Origin: Actinomycetota bacterium
GTDB lineage: Bacteria > Actinomycetota > Thermoleophilia > Gaiellales > Gaiellaceae
Assembly (NCBI GenBank): GCA_046723895.1
Contig: JBKOVL010000147.1
Location: 1 to 43,786, forward strand
DNA: 43,786 nt
Reading direction: 5' to 3'
Below are positions 32,664 to 41,316 of this stretch, in pieces. The notes under the pieces are model-generated. The model saw only the letters and a list, made by a program, of their open reading frames with translations, was not told where the DNA came from and did not search any database. Made by a program: the position numbers and the translations under genes. Numbering within the stretch: the stretch's first letter is position 1; every line of letters begins with the position of its first letter.

Positions 32664-33466
32664 CGGATGTCCAGTCCCTGCCCGGGCTCGAGCACGTGGA
32701 CGGCGACCTTCGGCGCGAGGCGCCGCGCCGCGGCGGCGAAGGCCGCGGGCGGCTCGTGGAGGAATCGAGCCCTGCTGCTGCGGTACAGAGGCCGCAGGGT
32801 TCCCCAGTGGATCGGGATCGCGGCTCTGGGACGGAGGAGCGTCAGCGCCTCGGCCGCGCGCTCGGGATCCATGTGGCCCGGGCCAATCGTCGCTCCCCAG
32901 CCCCAGATCGGGAGCAGGGCAACGTCGAGGTCGTCCACGAGACCCTCCATCTCGGGGAAGACATCGGTATCGCCGGCGAAGAAGACGCGACGCGAGCCCA
33001 CGAGGGCGAACCCGACCGTCAACGGCGTCCGTCCCGGTGACGGCCGGCCCGGGTGAGCCGCGTGCGTCGTCAGGAGGACGACGCCGTCCGCGATCGGCGT
33101 CTCGTCCCCTTCCTCGACCTCGGTCACGTCATGGAAGCCGCGCCCACGCACCAGTCCGCCGAGGCCGCGCGGGAGGATCACACGAACGCCGCGCGGCAGC
33201 CGGGCGAGCGAGGGTAGGTCGAGGTGGTCGTGGTGCCCGTGGGAGATCAGCACGACGTCGACCTCGCCGGGCTCCGGCGCAGGCGACGCCCGCCTGAGAT
33301 GCGCCACGCGCGCCCGCAGGATCGGATCCGTGAGCAGGCGGACGCCGTCGAGCTCGATCAGCGTCGTCGAGTGGCCAAGGTACGTGATCCGCCCGGACGC
33401 TTGCGCCCGGACGCTGATGCCGTCGTTCTGGTTGGCTCTACGTTCCATGTCCACGTCCGCGATCAC
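32660..33466 (-). CDS. MBL-fold metallo-hydrolase
   Basis: ITYLGHSTTLIELDG..LLTDP and the HxHxDH motif SHGHHDHLD. Start candidates are GTG 33466, GTG 33454 and ATG 33448. Confidence 0.8.
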   Translation of the reverse strand: MIADVDMERRANQNDGISVRAQASGRITYLGHSTTLIELDGVRLLTDPILRARVAHLRRASPAPEPGEVDVVLISHGHHDHLDLPSLARLPRGVRVILPRGLGGLVRGRGFHDVTEVEEGDETPIADGVVLLTTHAAHPGRPSPGRTPLTVGFALVGSRRVFFAGDTDVFPEMEGLVDDLDVALLPIWGWGATIGPGHMDPERAAEALTLLRPRAAIPIHWGTLRPLYRSSRARFLHEPPAAFAAAARRLAPKVAVHVLEPGQGLDIR

Positions 33467-35441
33467 CTACGGCGAGGATACGATCCCCTGGCAGCCCGTC
33501 AGGCCGCGCTTCCATCCCGGGCGGCTGCTCGTCTCCTGGCTGCTCGGAGCGGCGTCGCTGCTGATCGCCGCGAAGCTCGTGCCGGCGGTCGAGGTGGGGA
33601 ACTTCGGCGGGGCCGCAGCGGCGACCCTCGTGATCGCGGTCCTGAACGCGATCATCCCGCCCCTCGTCGCCGCGCTGCGGATTCCCTTCATGGCGCTCGC
33701 AGGCTTCGGGATCATCCTGCTCGTCGACGCGGCGATGCTCCAGGCCGTCTCCGCGATCGCGCCCGGGGCGATCAAGGTCGACAGCTTCTGGTGGGCGCTC
33801 GTTACCGCGCTCGTCGCTGCCGCGGTCGGCGTGTTCCTCGACATCGTCTTCGGGACGAACGACGACGACACCTACACCCTCCGTGTGACCCGGCGTCTCG
33901 CCAGGCGCCGCGGCGGCGGAAAGAGAGCCGACGCGCCGGGCCTGATCTTCCTCGAGATCGACGGTCTGGCGTTGCCTGTGCTCCAGCGGGCGATGCGCGA
34001 CGGCAACGCCCCGAACCTCGCCTCCTGGCTCGGGCAGGGGACGCACCGATTGCACGAGTGGGAGACGGATCTCTCCTCGCAGACGGGCGCGAGCCAGGCC
34101 GGCATCCTGCTCGGAAAGAACGACGACATCCCGGCGTTCCGGTGGGTGGACAAGCCGACCGGCCGGGTGGTCGCGTGTTCGGGCCCCGCGGACTGCGAGG
34201 CGATCGAGAAGGCCTGCTCCACCGGAATCGGCCTGCTCGCGAACGGCGGCGCGAGCCGCGGCAACCTGCTCTCGGGCGAGGCTGACGAGGTGATCCTGAC
34301 GGTGAGCAGGGTGGCCGCCGAGAAGCGGGCGAACCCGGGCTACCGGGCCTTCTTCGCGAACGGGTTCAACGTCACGCGGACACTCGTCCTCTTCGCCTGG
34401 GAGATCGTGCTCGAGGTCACGGCGGCCCTCCGGGCGGCGCGGCGTAACGTGAGACCGCGTGGGCACCGGGGCGGGAAGTACCCGCTGCTCCGGGCGGCGG
34501 TCTGCGTCGTCGTCCGTGACCTGATCATCTACAGCGTCCTTGCGGACATGATGTTCGGGCGTCCGATCGTGTACGCCACGCTCTCGAGCTACGACGAGGT
34601 CGCCCACCACTCCGGGCTGGAGCGGCCGGACACCCTCGAGGCCCTGCGCAAGCTCGACCAGCAGATCGGGCGGGTCGCGCAGGCGCGCCGGTACGCGCCG
34701 CGCCCGTACCACGTCGTCGTGCTCTCGGACCACGGCCAGACGCAGGGGGCGACCTTCAAGCAGCGGAACGGCTACGGGCTCGACGAGCTGGTCGGCCACT
34801 CGCTCGAGACCGGGACGGTCACCGGGGTCGGCGGCGGCGACGAGCAGGACGAGATCGCCACGGTCGCCCTCCACGAGGCGACCGGGCAGGCGAGACAGCC
34901 CGGAAAGCCCGCCCAGGACGTCTCCGCCCGCCACGCGGTCGTCCTCGGCTCGGGCAACCTCGGGCTCGTCTACCTGATGGAAGAGCAGCGTCGCCTGACC
35001 CTGGAGGAGATCGACGAGCGCCACCCGCGCCTCATCCCCGCGCTCCGCGAGCATCCGCACATCGGCTGGCTGCTCGTCCACTCGAAGCAGCATGGGCCGC
35101 TCGCGCTCGGCTCCCGCGGCGTCCGCCATCTCGCCGGCGGGCGTGTCGAGGGCGAGGACCCGCTCGGCGCCTTCTCGGCGAATGCTCCGGCCCACCTCCG
35201 GCGCACGGACGGGTTCTTGCACGTCGCCGACATCCTGGTCGGCAGCTTCTACGACGCCGATCTCGACGAGGCGTGCGCGTTCGAGGAGCTGATCTCGTTC
35301 CACGGCGGCCTCGGCGGCCCGCAGACGCGCCCGTTCATCCTCCACCCCGTCGAGCTGCCCTCGCCCGCCGAGCCGATCGTCGGCGCCGTCGCCGTGCACA
35401 CCCTGCTCACCGGCTGGCGGCGCCACTGCCAGCCCTCCTAG
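33447..35441 (+). CDS. Fusion of a DUF360 (phage-holin-4_2-like) 4-TM membrane module to an alkaline-phosphatase-superfamily (type I phosphodiesterase/nucleotide pyrophosphatase-like) domain
   Basis: The N-terminal part LLGAASLLIAAKLVPAVEVGNF...LNAIIPPLVAALRIPF...APGAIKVDSFWWALV fits the DUF360 pattern. It is followed by FLEIDGLA, SSQTGASQ, YDEVAHHSG and LSDHGQ metal and nucleophile blocks. Confidence 0.7.
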   Translation: MSTSAITYGEDTIPWQPVRPRFHPGRLLVSWLLGAASLLIAAKLVPAVEVGNFGGAAAATLVIAVLNAIIPPLVAALRIPFMALAGFGIILLVDAAMLQAVSAIAPGAIKVDSFWWALVTALVAAAVGVFLDIVFGTNDDDTYTLRVTRRLARRRGGGKRADAPGLIFLEIDGLALPVLQRAMRDGNAPNLASWLGQGTHRLHEWETDLSSQTGASQAGILLGKNDDIPAFRWVDKPTGRVVACSGPADCEAIEKACSTGIGLLANGGASRGNLLSGEADEVILTVSRVAAEKRANPGYRAFFANGFNVTRTLVLFAWEIVLEVTAALRAARRNVRPRGHRGGKYPLLRAAVCVVVRDLIIYSVLADMMFGRPIVYATLSSYDEVAHHSGLERPDTLEALRKLDQQIGRVAQARRYAPRPYHVVVLSDHGQTQGATFKQRNGYGLDELVGHSLETGTVTGVGGGDEQDEIATVALHEATGQARQPGKPAQDVSARHAVVLGSGNLGLVYLMEEQRRLTLEEIDERHPRLIPALREHPHIGWLLVHSKQHGPLALGSRGVRHLAGGRVEGEDPLGAFSANAPAHLRRTDGFLHVADILVGSFYDADLDEACAFEELISFHGGLGGPQTRPFILHPVELPSPAEPIVGAVAVHTLLTGWRRHCQPS

Positions 35442-36613
35442 GGGCCCGACGACAGCGGAGCGCTCGCGGCCGGCGGCGGCTCGGGGGCACTCCGCGCCCT
35501 GGCCCGGGCGATCTCCCTCGAGACGTGCGTCGCCGCCGAGAAGAGCGGCGCGGCGACGATCATGCCGATCATCCCGAAGAGGGCGCCGGATGCGATCGTC
35601 ACGATCAGGACGGCGAGCGGGTTGAGGTCGAGCGCGGCGCCGAAGGCGAGCGGCTGGAAGAGGTTCTGGAGCAGGCCGTTGGCAAGGATCACGATCACGA
35701 GCATGATCACCGCCGTCGTCGTGCCTTCGTCGCCGAGCGCGAGCAGCACGGCGAAGGCGCCGGAGACGAACGCGCCGATGTACGGGATGTACGCGGTCAC
35801 GAACGTGACGATCGCGATCGTGCCGGGGAGCGGAACACCGAGGATGAGGGCCCCGATGCCGACGACCGCGGCGTTGAACGCCGCCACGACGGTGACGCCG
35901 AGGAAGTACCTGCGCATCGCGGTCATCACGTTGGTCGTGATCAGGGTCGCGAGCTCGACCGGCAGGCCGAGATGCCGGTCGACCCAGCGCCGGATCCGCG
36001 GCCCGTCGGTGAGCAGGAAGAAGACGGAGAACACCGTGAAAGTGAGAAAGAAGATCAGTGACGTCAGGCCCCGAATTCCCTGCGCGAGCCCCTCCAGCAG
36101 CGTTGTGCCCCCGCTGGAGACGGCGTGCGTAACGTCCTGCCGGGCGGGGCCCGTGCGATTCGCATCGGCGTCGTGGAACCACCCCTCGATCCTGTCGAGG
36201 CCCTGGTCGGCGGTCGACTTGATCTGTCCCGAGTGGTCGATGATCCCGCCGATCACGAGCGCAAAGATGACGACGACGATCGCGATCAGCGTGAGGATCA
36301 CTATCGCCGCCCCGAGGCCGCGCCGCACGTGGTGCCGCTGCAGTCGGGCGACGAGCGGCGCAGCGACGATCGCGATCACAGTGCCGACTGCGACGGGCTC
36401 GACGATCGTCGACGTGAGCCCGAGAACCCAGGTGACACCGACGAGAAGCGCGAGCAGGCCGACGAGGAACCACGACATGAGGCCCAGGTCGCGCAGCCAG
36501 ACCGGCGGCCGGAAGACCCGGGCCAGATGGCCCGGATCGAGGGCGTCCGCGGGTTCGGCCTCCGCAGACATGTCGGCCGCGGGCGAGCCCTGTTTACGGT
36601 GGAAGAGCCTCAA
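35438..36613 (-). CDS. AI-2E family transporter (UPF0118/PerM-like)
   Basis: About 8 TM segments, with the family C-terminal block YIPYIGAFVSGAFAVLLAL...LLQNLFQPLAFGAALDLNPLAVL. The start is TTG 36613 (longest) or ATG 36571. Confidence 0.8.
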   Translation of the reverse strand: MRLFHRKQGSPAADMSAEAEPADALDPGHLARVFRPPVWLRDLGLMSWFLVGLLALLVGVTWVLGLTSTIVEPVAVGTVIAIVAAPLVARLQRHHVRRGLGAAIVILTLIAIVVVIFALVIGGIIDHSGQIKSTADQGLDRIEGWFHDADANRTGPARQDVTHAVSSGGTTLLEGLAQGIRGLTSLIFFLTFTVFSVFFLLTDGPRIRRWVDRHLGLPVELATLITTNVMTAMRRYFLGVTVVAAFNAAVVGIGALILGVPLPGTIAIVTFVTAYIPYIGAFVSGAFAVLLALGDEGTTTAVIMLVIVILANGLLQNLFQPLAFGAALDLNPLAVLIVTIASGALFGMIGMIVAAPLFSAATHVSREIARARARSAPEPPPAASAPLSSGP

Positions 36614-36618
36614 CGGGT

Positions 36619-36632
36619 GGACGCTAGCGTCC
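36619..36632. promoter_or_regulatory. Perfect 14-bp palindrome GGACGCTAGCGTCC in a divergent promoter region
   Basis: It lies between the AI-2E transporter gene (-) and the HAD hydrolase gene (+). Its size and symmetry are typical of a dimeric-regulator operator. Confidence 0.35.
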
Positions 36633-36769
36633 TCTGCGGACGCCGTCTACCGATTCGGTGGTCAGCTCGAGAGCCCGCTGATCGCATCGCCTCCGCATTT
36701 GGCCGCCGGGTCGGCCAGCGTCGCCACGTACCGCGCGACAGCCTCCGCCGCCCGGGTCAGACTGGGGAC

Positions 36770-37432
36770 GTGCCCGCGCTGATCTTCGACCTCGACGGAA
36801 CGCTCGTCGACACGGTCTACGCCCATGTCTTCGCCTGGCAGCAAGCGCTGGCCGAGGCGGGGATGCCGATCGAGGGGTGGCGGATCCACCGCCGCATCGG
36901 GATGAGCGGCGGCTTGTTCACGCGCGCCGTTGCCCGCGAGCTGGGCCGGCCGTTGAGCCCCGAGAAAGCGAACGCGATCCAGGCCCGCCACGGCGAGCTC
37001 GTTCGCGCGATCCTGCCCGAACGGCGGCCGCTACCGGGCGCGGTCGAGCTGCTCGCCGAGCTGCGGCGGCTGCACGTCGCCCACGGGATCGCGACGTCGG
37101 GACGTCGCCCCGAGATCGACGCGTCGCTCGAGGCGCTCGGCGTCGGCGAGGAGACGGTCGTGGTCGAGCGCGGCCTCGTCTCGAGGGCGAAGCCGGAGCC
37201 CGACCTCTTCCTCGCCTGCGCCGAGCTGCTCGGCGAGACCCCGGAGGACTGCTACGTCGTCGGCGACGCCGTCTGGGACCTGCTCGCCGCGCGCCGGGCG
37301 CGCATGTTGAGCATCGGCCTGCTCAGCGGCGGCTACGGCGAGGACGAGCTGACCCGCGCGGGTGCCTTCCGGGTCTACCGCGACCCCGACGAGCTGCGCG
37401 AGTCGCTCGACGAGCTCGGCGTTCTCCCGTAG
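36770..37432 (+). CDS. HAD-superfamily hydrolase (phosphoglycolate phosphatase / beta-phosphoglucomutase-like subfamily IA)
   Basis: Motif I FDLDGTLVDT, motif II GIATSG, and motif III/IV KPEPD...VVGDAVWD. GTG start; the 435-aa track entry reads through upstream sequence. Confidence 0.8.
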   Translation: MPALIFDLDGTLVDTVYAHVFAWQQALAEAGMPIEGWRIHRRIGMSGGLFTRAVARELGRPLSPEKANAIQARHGELVRAILPERRPLPGAVELLAELRRLHVAHGIATSGRRPEIDASLEALGVGEETVVVERGLVSRAKPEPDLFLACAELLGETPEDCYVVGDAVWDLLAARRARMLSIGLLSGGYGEDELTRAGAFRVYRDPDELRESLDELGVLP

Positions 37433-37591
37433 GGCCCGTCGTCTGCGTGAAGTCCTCCCCCATCGCCGATGAGCTGCGGGTGCCCGGCGGGTGGAGAAGG
37501 AACCGCCACGGCGCGCCGGCGTCGTCAGGTGGGGCGGATACGCTCCACACTCGAGGGGTCGTGAACTCGTGCGAGAGAGGAGCGGCGGCGA

Positions 37592-38167
37592 ATGTCCACG
37601 ATGGCACTAGACGAAGGAGAATTCTTCGAACCGGATTTCGGCAAGTGGTGGTGGGTCCTGCTGATCACGGGCACGGCCTGGCTGATCCTGTCGATCGTCA
37701 TGTTCCGGTTCGACATCACCTCGGTGAAGTCGACCGGGATCCTGGCCGGCGTCATCTTCGTCTGCGCCGGCATCTTCGAGTTCTTCATGGTTGCAGTCGT
37801 CCGGAGCGGGTGGTGGAAGGCGCTGAATGCGGTCCTCGGCGTCATCCTGATCGCCGGCGGGATCAATGCGTTCGCCCGACCCGTCGATGCGTTCGTCGCG
37901 ATCGCGCAGATCACCGGCTTCATGTTCCTGCTCGTCGGGATCTGGGACCTGGTCATCGCGTTCTCGGACCGGAGAGGGCTGTGGTGGCTCCGGATGATCT
38001 CCGGCTTCATCTGCATCGGACTTGCGTTCTGGGCGTCCGGTGAGTTCGGCAGGAAGGCGACCCTGCTGATCGTGTGGGTGGCGCTGTTCGCCCTCTTCCG
38101 CGGCATCAGCAGCTTCATCACCGCGTTCCAGCTGCGGCACATCCACAGGGAGCTCGCCGCAGCCTGA
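37592..38167 (+). CDS. HdeD-family (DUF308) membrane protein
   Basis: Six hydrophobic helices carry repeated ...GI..L..G.. patterns (WWWVLLITGTAWLILSIVMF, ILAGVIFVCAGIFEF, ...). Confidence 0.75.
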   Translation: MSTMALDEGEFFEPDFGKWWWVLLITGTAWLILSIVMFRFDITSVKSTGILAGVIFVCAGIFEFFMVAVVRSGWWKALNAVLGVILIAGGINAFARPVDAFVAIAQITGFMFLLVGIWDLVIAFSDRRGLWWLRMISGFICIGLAFWASGEFGRKATLLIVWVALFALFRGISSFITAFQLRHIHRELAAA

Positions 38168-38259
38168 TCGCTCGACTCCACCCATAGAACGGGCCGCGCG
38201 CCGGGTGCAAACGCGGCTCTCAGGCATTTCTCAGCCGCATGGGTCATCCTGCCGCGTAG

Positions 38260-39270
38260 ATGGGACTGCTTCGCCGCGCGCTGCTCGCTTCCGCCGTGCT
38301 CGTCGCGCTCGCGGCTGCGCCGGTGGCGCCACAGAACGGCCTCGCCGCAGCCAGGCCGACTGCGGGGGTCGTCGTGATCGAGACGGCCCTCACCTACCAG
38401 AACACCGCGGCGGCCGGCACCGGAGTCGTGTTGACCTCGGAAGGCGAGGTGTTGACGAACAACCACGTGATTCGAGGCGCTACGAGGATTCGTGTCCTCG
38501 ATCCTCGCACTCGGCGCCGCTACACGGCGCGAGTGCTCGGTTACTCGGTGACGGCCGATATCGCCGTGCTCAAGCTCCAGCAGGCGTCCGGTCTTGCGAC
38601 TGCCCCGCTCGGCAGCTCCACCGGGATCCATCGTGGCCAGCCGGTGACCGCGGTTGGGAACGCCGGCGGAACTCGAACGCTCGTCGTCACCCACGGCACG
38701 ATCACGGCGATCGGGCGGACGATCACAGTCGGGGACGGTGAAGGGAACGAGCAGCGGCTGACTGGGCTGATCCAGACGAATGCCGACCTCCGGCCGGGGG
38801 ACTCCGGCGGGCCGCTCCTCGACAGGACAGGCCGCGTGGTCGGGATCAACAGCGCAGCCTCTATCGGCTTCGCCTTCCTGTCCGCCGCCAGCGAGGGCTA
38901 TGCGATCCCGGTCAACCGGGCTCTCTCGATCACCAGGCAGATCGAGAGCGGTCGCGGCACCACCGAGATCCACGTCGGCCCCACGGCGTTTCTCGGCGTC
39001 GCCGTTCACCCTTCCGGCTACTACAGCGGCGGTTACATCCCGGGCGCCGTCGTCGACAACGTCGTGTCCGGTGGGCCGGCCGACAGGGCCGGGCTCGTCC
39101 CGGGCGACATCATCACCACGATCGACGGCAAGAGAGTGTCGACGCCTTCGGGCGTCGCCCGGCTGATCGGACGCAAGCAGCCCGGTGACACGATCAAGCT
39201 CAGCTGGGTGGACAGTTTCGGCAACCGGTCGACCGCGAGCGTTCGCCTTGCCAGTGGCCCGCCTCAGTAG
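38260..39270 (+). CDS. Secreted trypsin-like serine protease with a C-terminal PDZ domain (HtrA/S1C-like)
   Basis: Signal peptide MGLLRRALLASAVLVALAAAP. The catalytic triad blocks are TNNHVI, DIAVLK and GDSGGPL. The PDZ block is GGPADRAGLVPGDIITTIDGKRV. Confidence 0.85.
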   Translation: MGLLRRALLASAVLVALAAAPVAPQNGLAAARPTAGVVVIETALTYQNTAAAGTGVVLTSEGEVLTNNHVIRGATRIRVLDPRTRRRYTARVLGYSVTADIAVLKLQQASGLATAPLGSSTGIHRGQPVTAVGNAGGTRTLVVTHGTITAIGRTITVGDGEGNEQRLTGLIQTNADLRPGDSGGPLLDRTGRVVGINSAASIGFAFLSAASEGYAIPVNRALSITRQIESGRGTTEIHVGPTAFLGVAVHPSGYYSGGYIPGAVVDNVVSGGPADRAGLVPGDIITTIDGKRVSTPSGVARLIGRKQPGDTIKLSWVDSFGNRSTASVRLASGPPQ

Positions 39271-39370
39271 CGGCTGCCGCCGCAACCGCCCCTGCCTCTC
39301 AGCCAATACTCAGGAAAAACTGATTACCTGTCGGTCGATCCTTCCAGCTGCGCGACCAAGGAGGCTGCCG

Positions 39371-40390
39371 GTGCCCGCGTCCCCCGACGATCGCTCCCCG
39401 TTCGCTCCCGCAGAGACGAGGGAGCGCCTCAAGCAGGCGCTCTACGAGATCCGGCGGGTGATCGCCGGCCAAGACGCGATGCTCGAGCGCGTCCTCGTCT
39501 GCCTGCTCGCTCAGGGCCACCTGTTGATCGAGGGCGTACCGGGGCTGGCGAAGACGCTGACGATCAAGACAACCGCCGCCGTTCTCGGCGGGACGTTCAA
39601 GCGCGTCCAGTTCACACCCGACCTCGTCCCGTCCGACCTCGTCGGCACCCGGATCTACCGGGCGAACGAGGGTGAGTTCGACACGGAGTTCGGCCCGGTG
39701 TTCTGCAACTTCCTGCTGGCCGACGAGATCAACCGGGCTCCGGCGAAGGTGCAGTCGGCGTTGCTGGAGGTGATGCAGGAACGGCAGGTGACGATCGGCC
39801 ACGCGAGCACGCCGGTTCCCGATCCCTTCCTGGTGATGGCGACGCAGAATCCGATCGAGTCGGAGGGCACATATCAGCTTCCGGAGGCGCAGGTCGACCG
39901 CTTCATGCTGAAGATCCTGATCGGCTATCCGACCCACGACGAGGAGCTGACGATCGTCCAGCGACAGCTGGACTACCCGCCCGATCTGCGCGAGATGCTG
40001 ACGCTGGAGGAGCTCCGGCGGCTCCAGCGCGACGTGCACGGCGTCTACGCCGACCCGGCCCTGATCAGCTACGCGGTCACCCTCGCGGACGCCACCCGGA
40101 ATCCGGCGGCGCACGGCCTCGACGAGCTCTCCCCGTACATTGCCTACGGCGCTAGCCCGCGCGGGCCGATCAGCCTGATCGTCGCCGCCCGGGCGCTGGC
40201 GCTCGTCCACGGTCGCGATTTCGTCACCCTCGACGACGTCCTCGCGCTCGTGGGCGACGCGCTCCGGCACCGACTCGTGCTCTCCTACCAGGCGCTCGCG
40301 GAGGAGGTGACTGCGGACTCTATCCTCGAGCGTGTGCGAGCCGCCGTGCCCGTACCCCAGCTCGACCTGCCGGAGACGAGCGCGGCGTGA
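39371..40390 (+). CDS. MoxR-family AAA+ ATPase
   Basis: GVPGLAKT (Walker A), LLADEINRAPAKVQSALLEVMQE (Walker B region), ATQNPIE and PEAQVDRF. The GTG at 39371 is preceded by AAGGAGG. Confidence 0.9.
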   Translation: MPASPDDRSPFAPAETRERLKQALYEIRRVIAGQDAMLERVLVCLLAQGHLLIEGVPGLAKTLTIKTTAAVLGGTFKRVQFTPDLVPSDLVGTRIYRANEGEFDTEFGPVFCNFLLADEINRAPAKVQSALLEVMQERQVTIGHASTPVPDPFLVMATQNPIESEGTYQLPEAQVDRFMLKILIGYPTHDEELTIVQRQLDYPPDLREMLTLEELRRLQRDVHGVYADPALISYAVTLADATRNPAAHGLDELSPYIAYGASPRGPISLIVAARALALVHGRDFVTLDDVLALVGDALRHRLVLSYQALAEEVTADSILERVRAAVPVPQLDLPETSAA

Positions 40391-41316
40391 GTGCCATGGG
40401 CGCACTGGAGACGGCTCGGTCTCCTGCCCGCCCGGGCCCGGGGCCGATCCCCGACCGTTTCCTGCAGGCGCTCGACATCACGATCGGGCGCCGAGTCCAG
40501 GGCCTGCTCGCCGGCGACTACAGCTCGTCGCTTCTCGGCCCCGGTACCGAGCTCGCGATGATCCGGCCGTACGAACCGGGCGACGACGTCCGGTTGATCG
40601 ACTGGGCCGTCACCGCGCGCACCGGCGAGCCGCACGTGCGGGTCCAGCTGGCGGAGCGGGTGCTCGTCACCTGGCTCGTCCTCGACACGTCGCCGTCGAT
40701 GCTCTTCGGCACCGCCGACCGCCGGAAGGCGGATCTGGCCGAGGGGGTGGCGATCGCACTCGGCCACCTGTCGACACGGCGAGGGAACCGGCTCGGAGTG
40801 CTCACGTTCGGCGACGGCTCCGACCGCTGGCTTCCCGTGCGTCAGGGCAGGATCGGGCTGCTCGGCCTGCTGGCCACGCTGCGCGAACAGCCGGACGAGC
40901 ACCCCGGACGCGTCGGCGGGACGTCCCTGGGCGAGGCGGCCCGCCGCACGGCCGCGGTCGCCCGCCAGCGCTCGATCGTGGTGATCGTCTCCGACTTCCG
41001 CGGGCCCCGGGACTGGCACAAGCCGATGCTCCAGCTCGCCGCGCGGCACGAGGTGGTCGCGGTCGAGATCCGCGACCCACGCGAGCAGCACCTCGTCAAC
41101 GCCGGGGAGCTCTGGTTGATCGATGCCGAGACCGGTCGCCACGTGCGCGTCGACACCCGCAGCGCGCGGCTTCGCGCGCGGTTCGACGAGGCCGCCGAGG
41201 CCGAGCGTCGCGACCTCGCGTCTGCGCTTTCGTCGCTCGGCGTGCGCCATACCGTGCTCACCACCTCGGGTGACTGGCTGCGCAGCCTCGCCGTGTTCCT
41301 GCGGAGAGGCCGATGA
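40387..41316 (+). CDS. DUF58 domain protein (MoxR-operon partner)
   Basis: The GDYSSSLLGPGTELAMIRPYEPGDDVRLIDW block is followed by a VWA-like fold (VLDTSPSM). The start overlaps the moxR stop (GTGA). Confidence 0.85.
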   Translation: MSAMGALETARSPARPGPGPIPDRFLQALDITIGRRVQGLLAGDYSSSLLGPGTELAMIRPYEPGDDVRLIDWAVTARTGEPHVRVQLAERVLVTWLVLDTSPSMLFGTADRRKADLAEGVAIALGHLSTRRGNRLGVLTFGDGSDRWLPVRQGRIGLLGLLATLREQPDEHPGRVGGTSLGEAARRTAAVARQRSIVVIVSDFRGPRDWHKPMLQLAARHEVVAVEIRDPREQHLVNAGELWLIDAETGRHVRVDTRSARLRARFDEAAEAERRDLASALSSLGVRHTVLTTSGDWLRSLAVFLRRGR

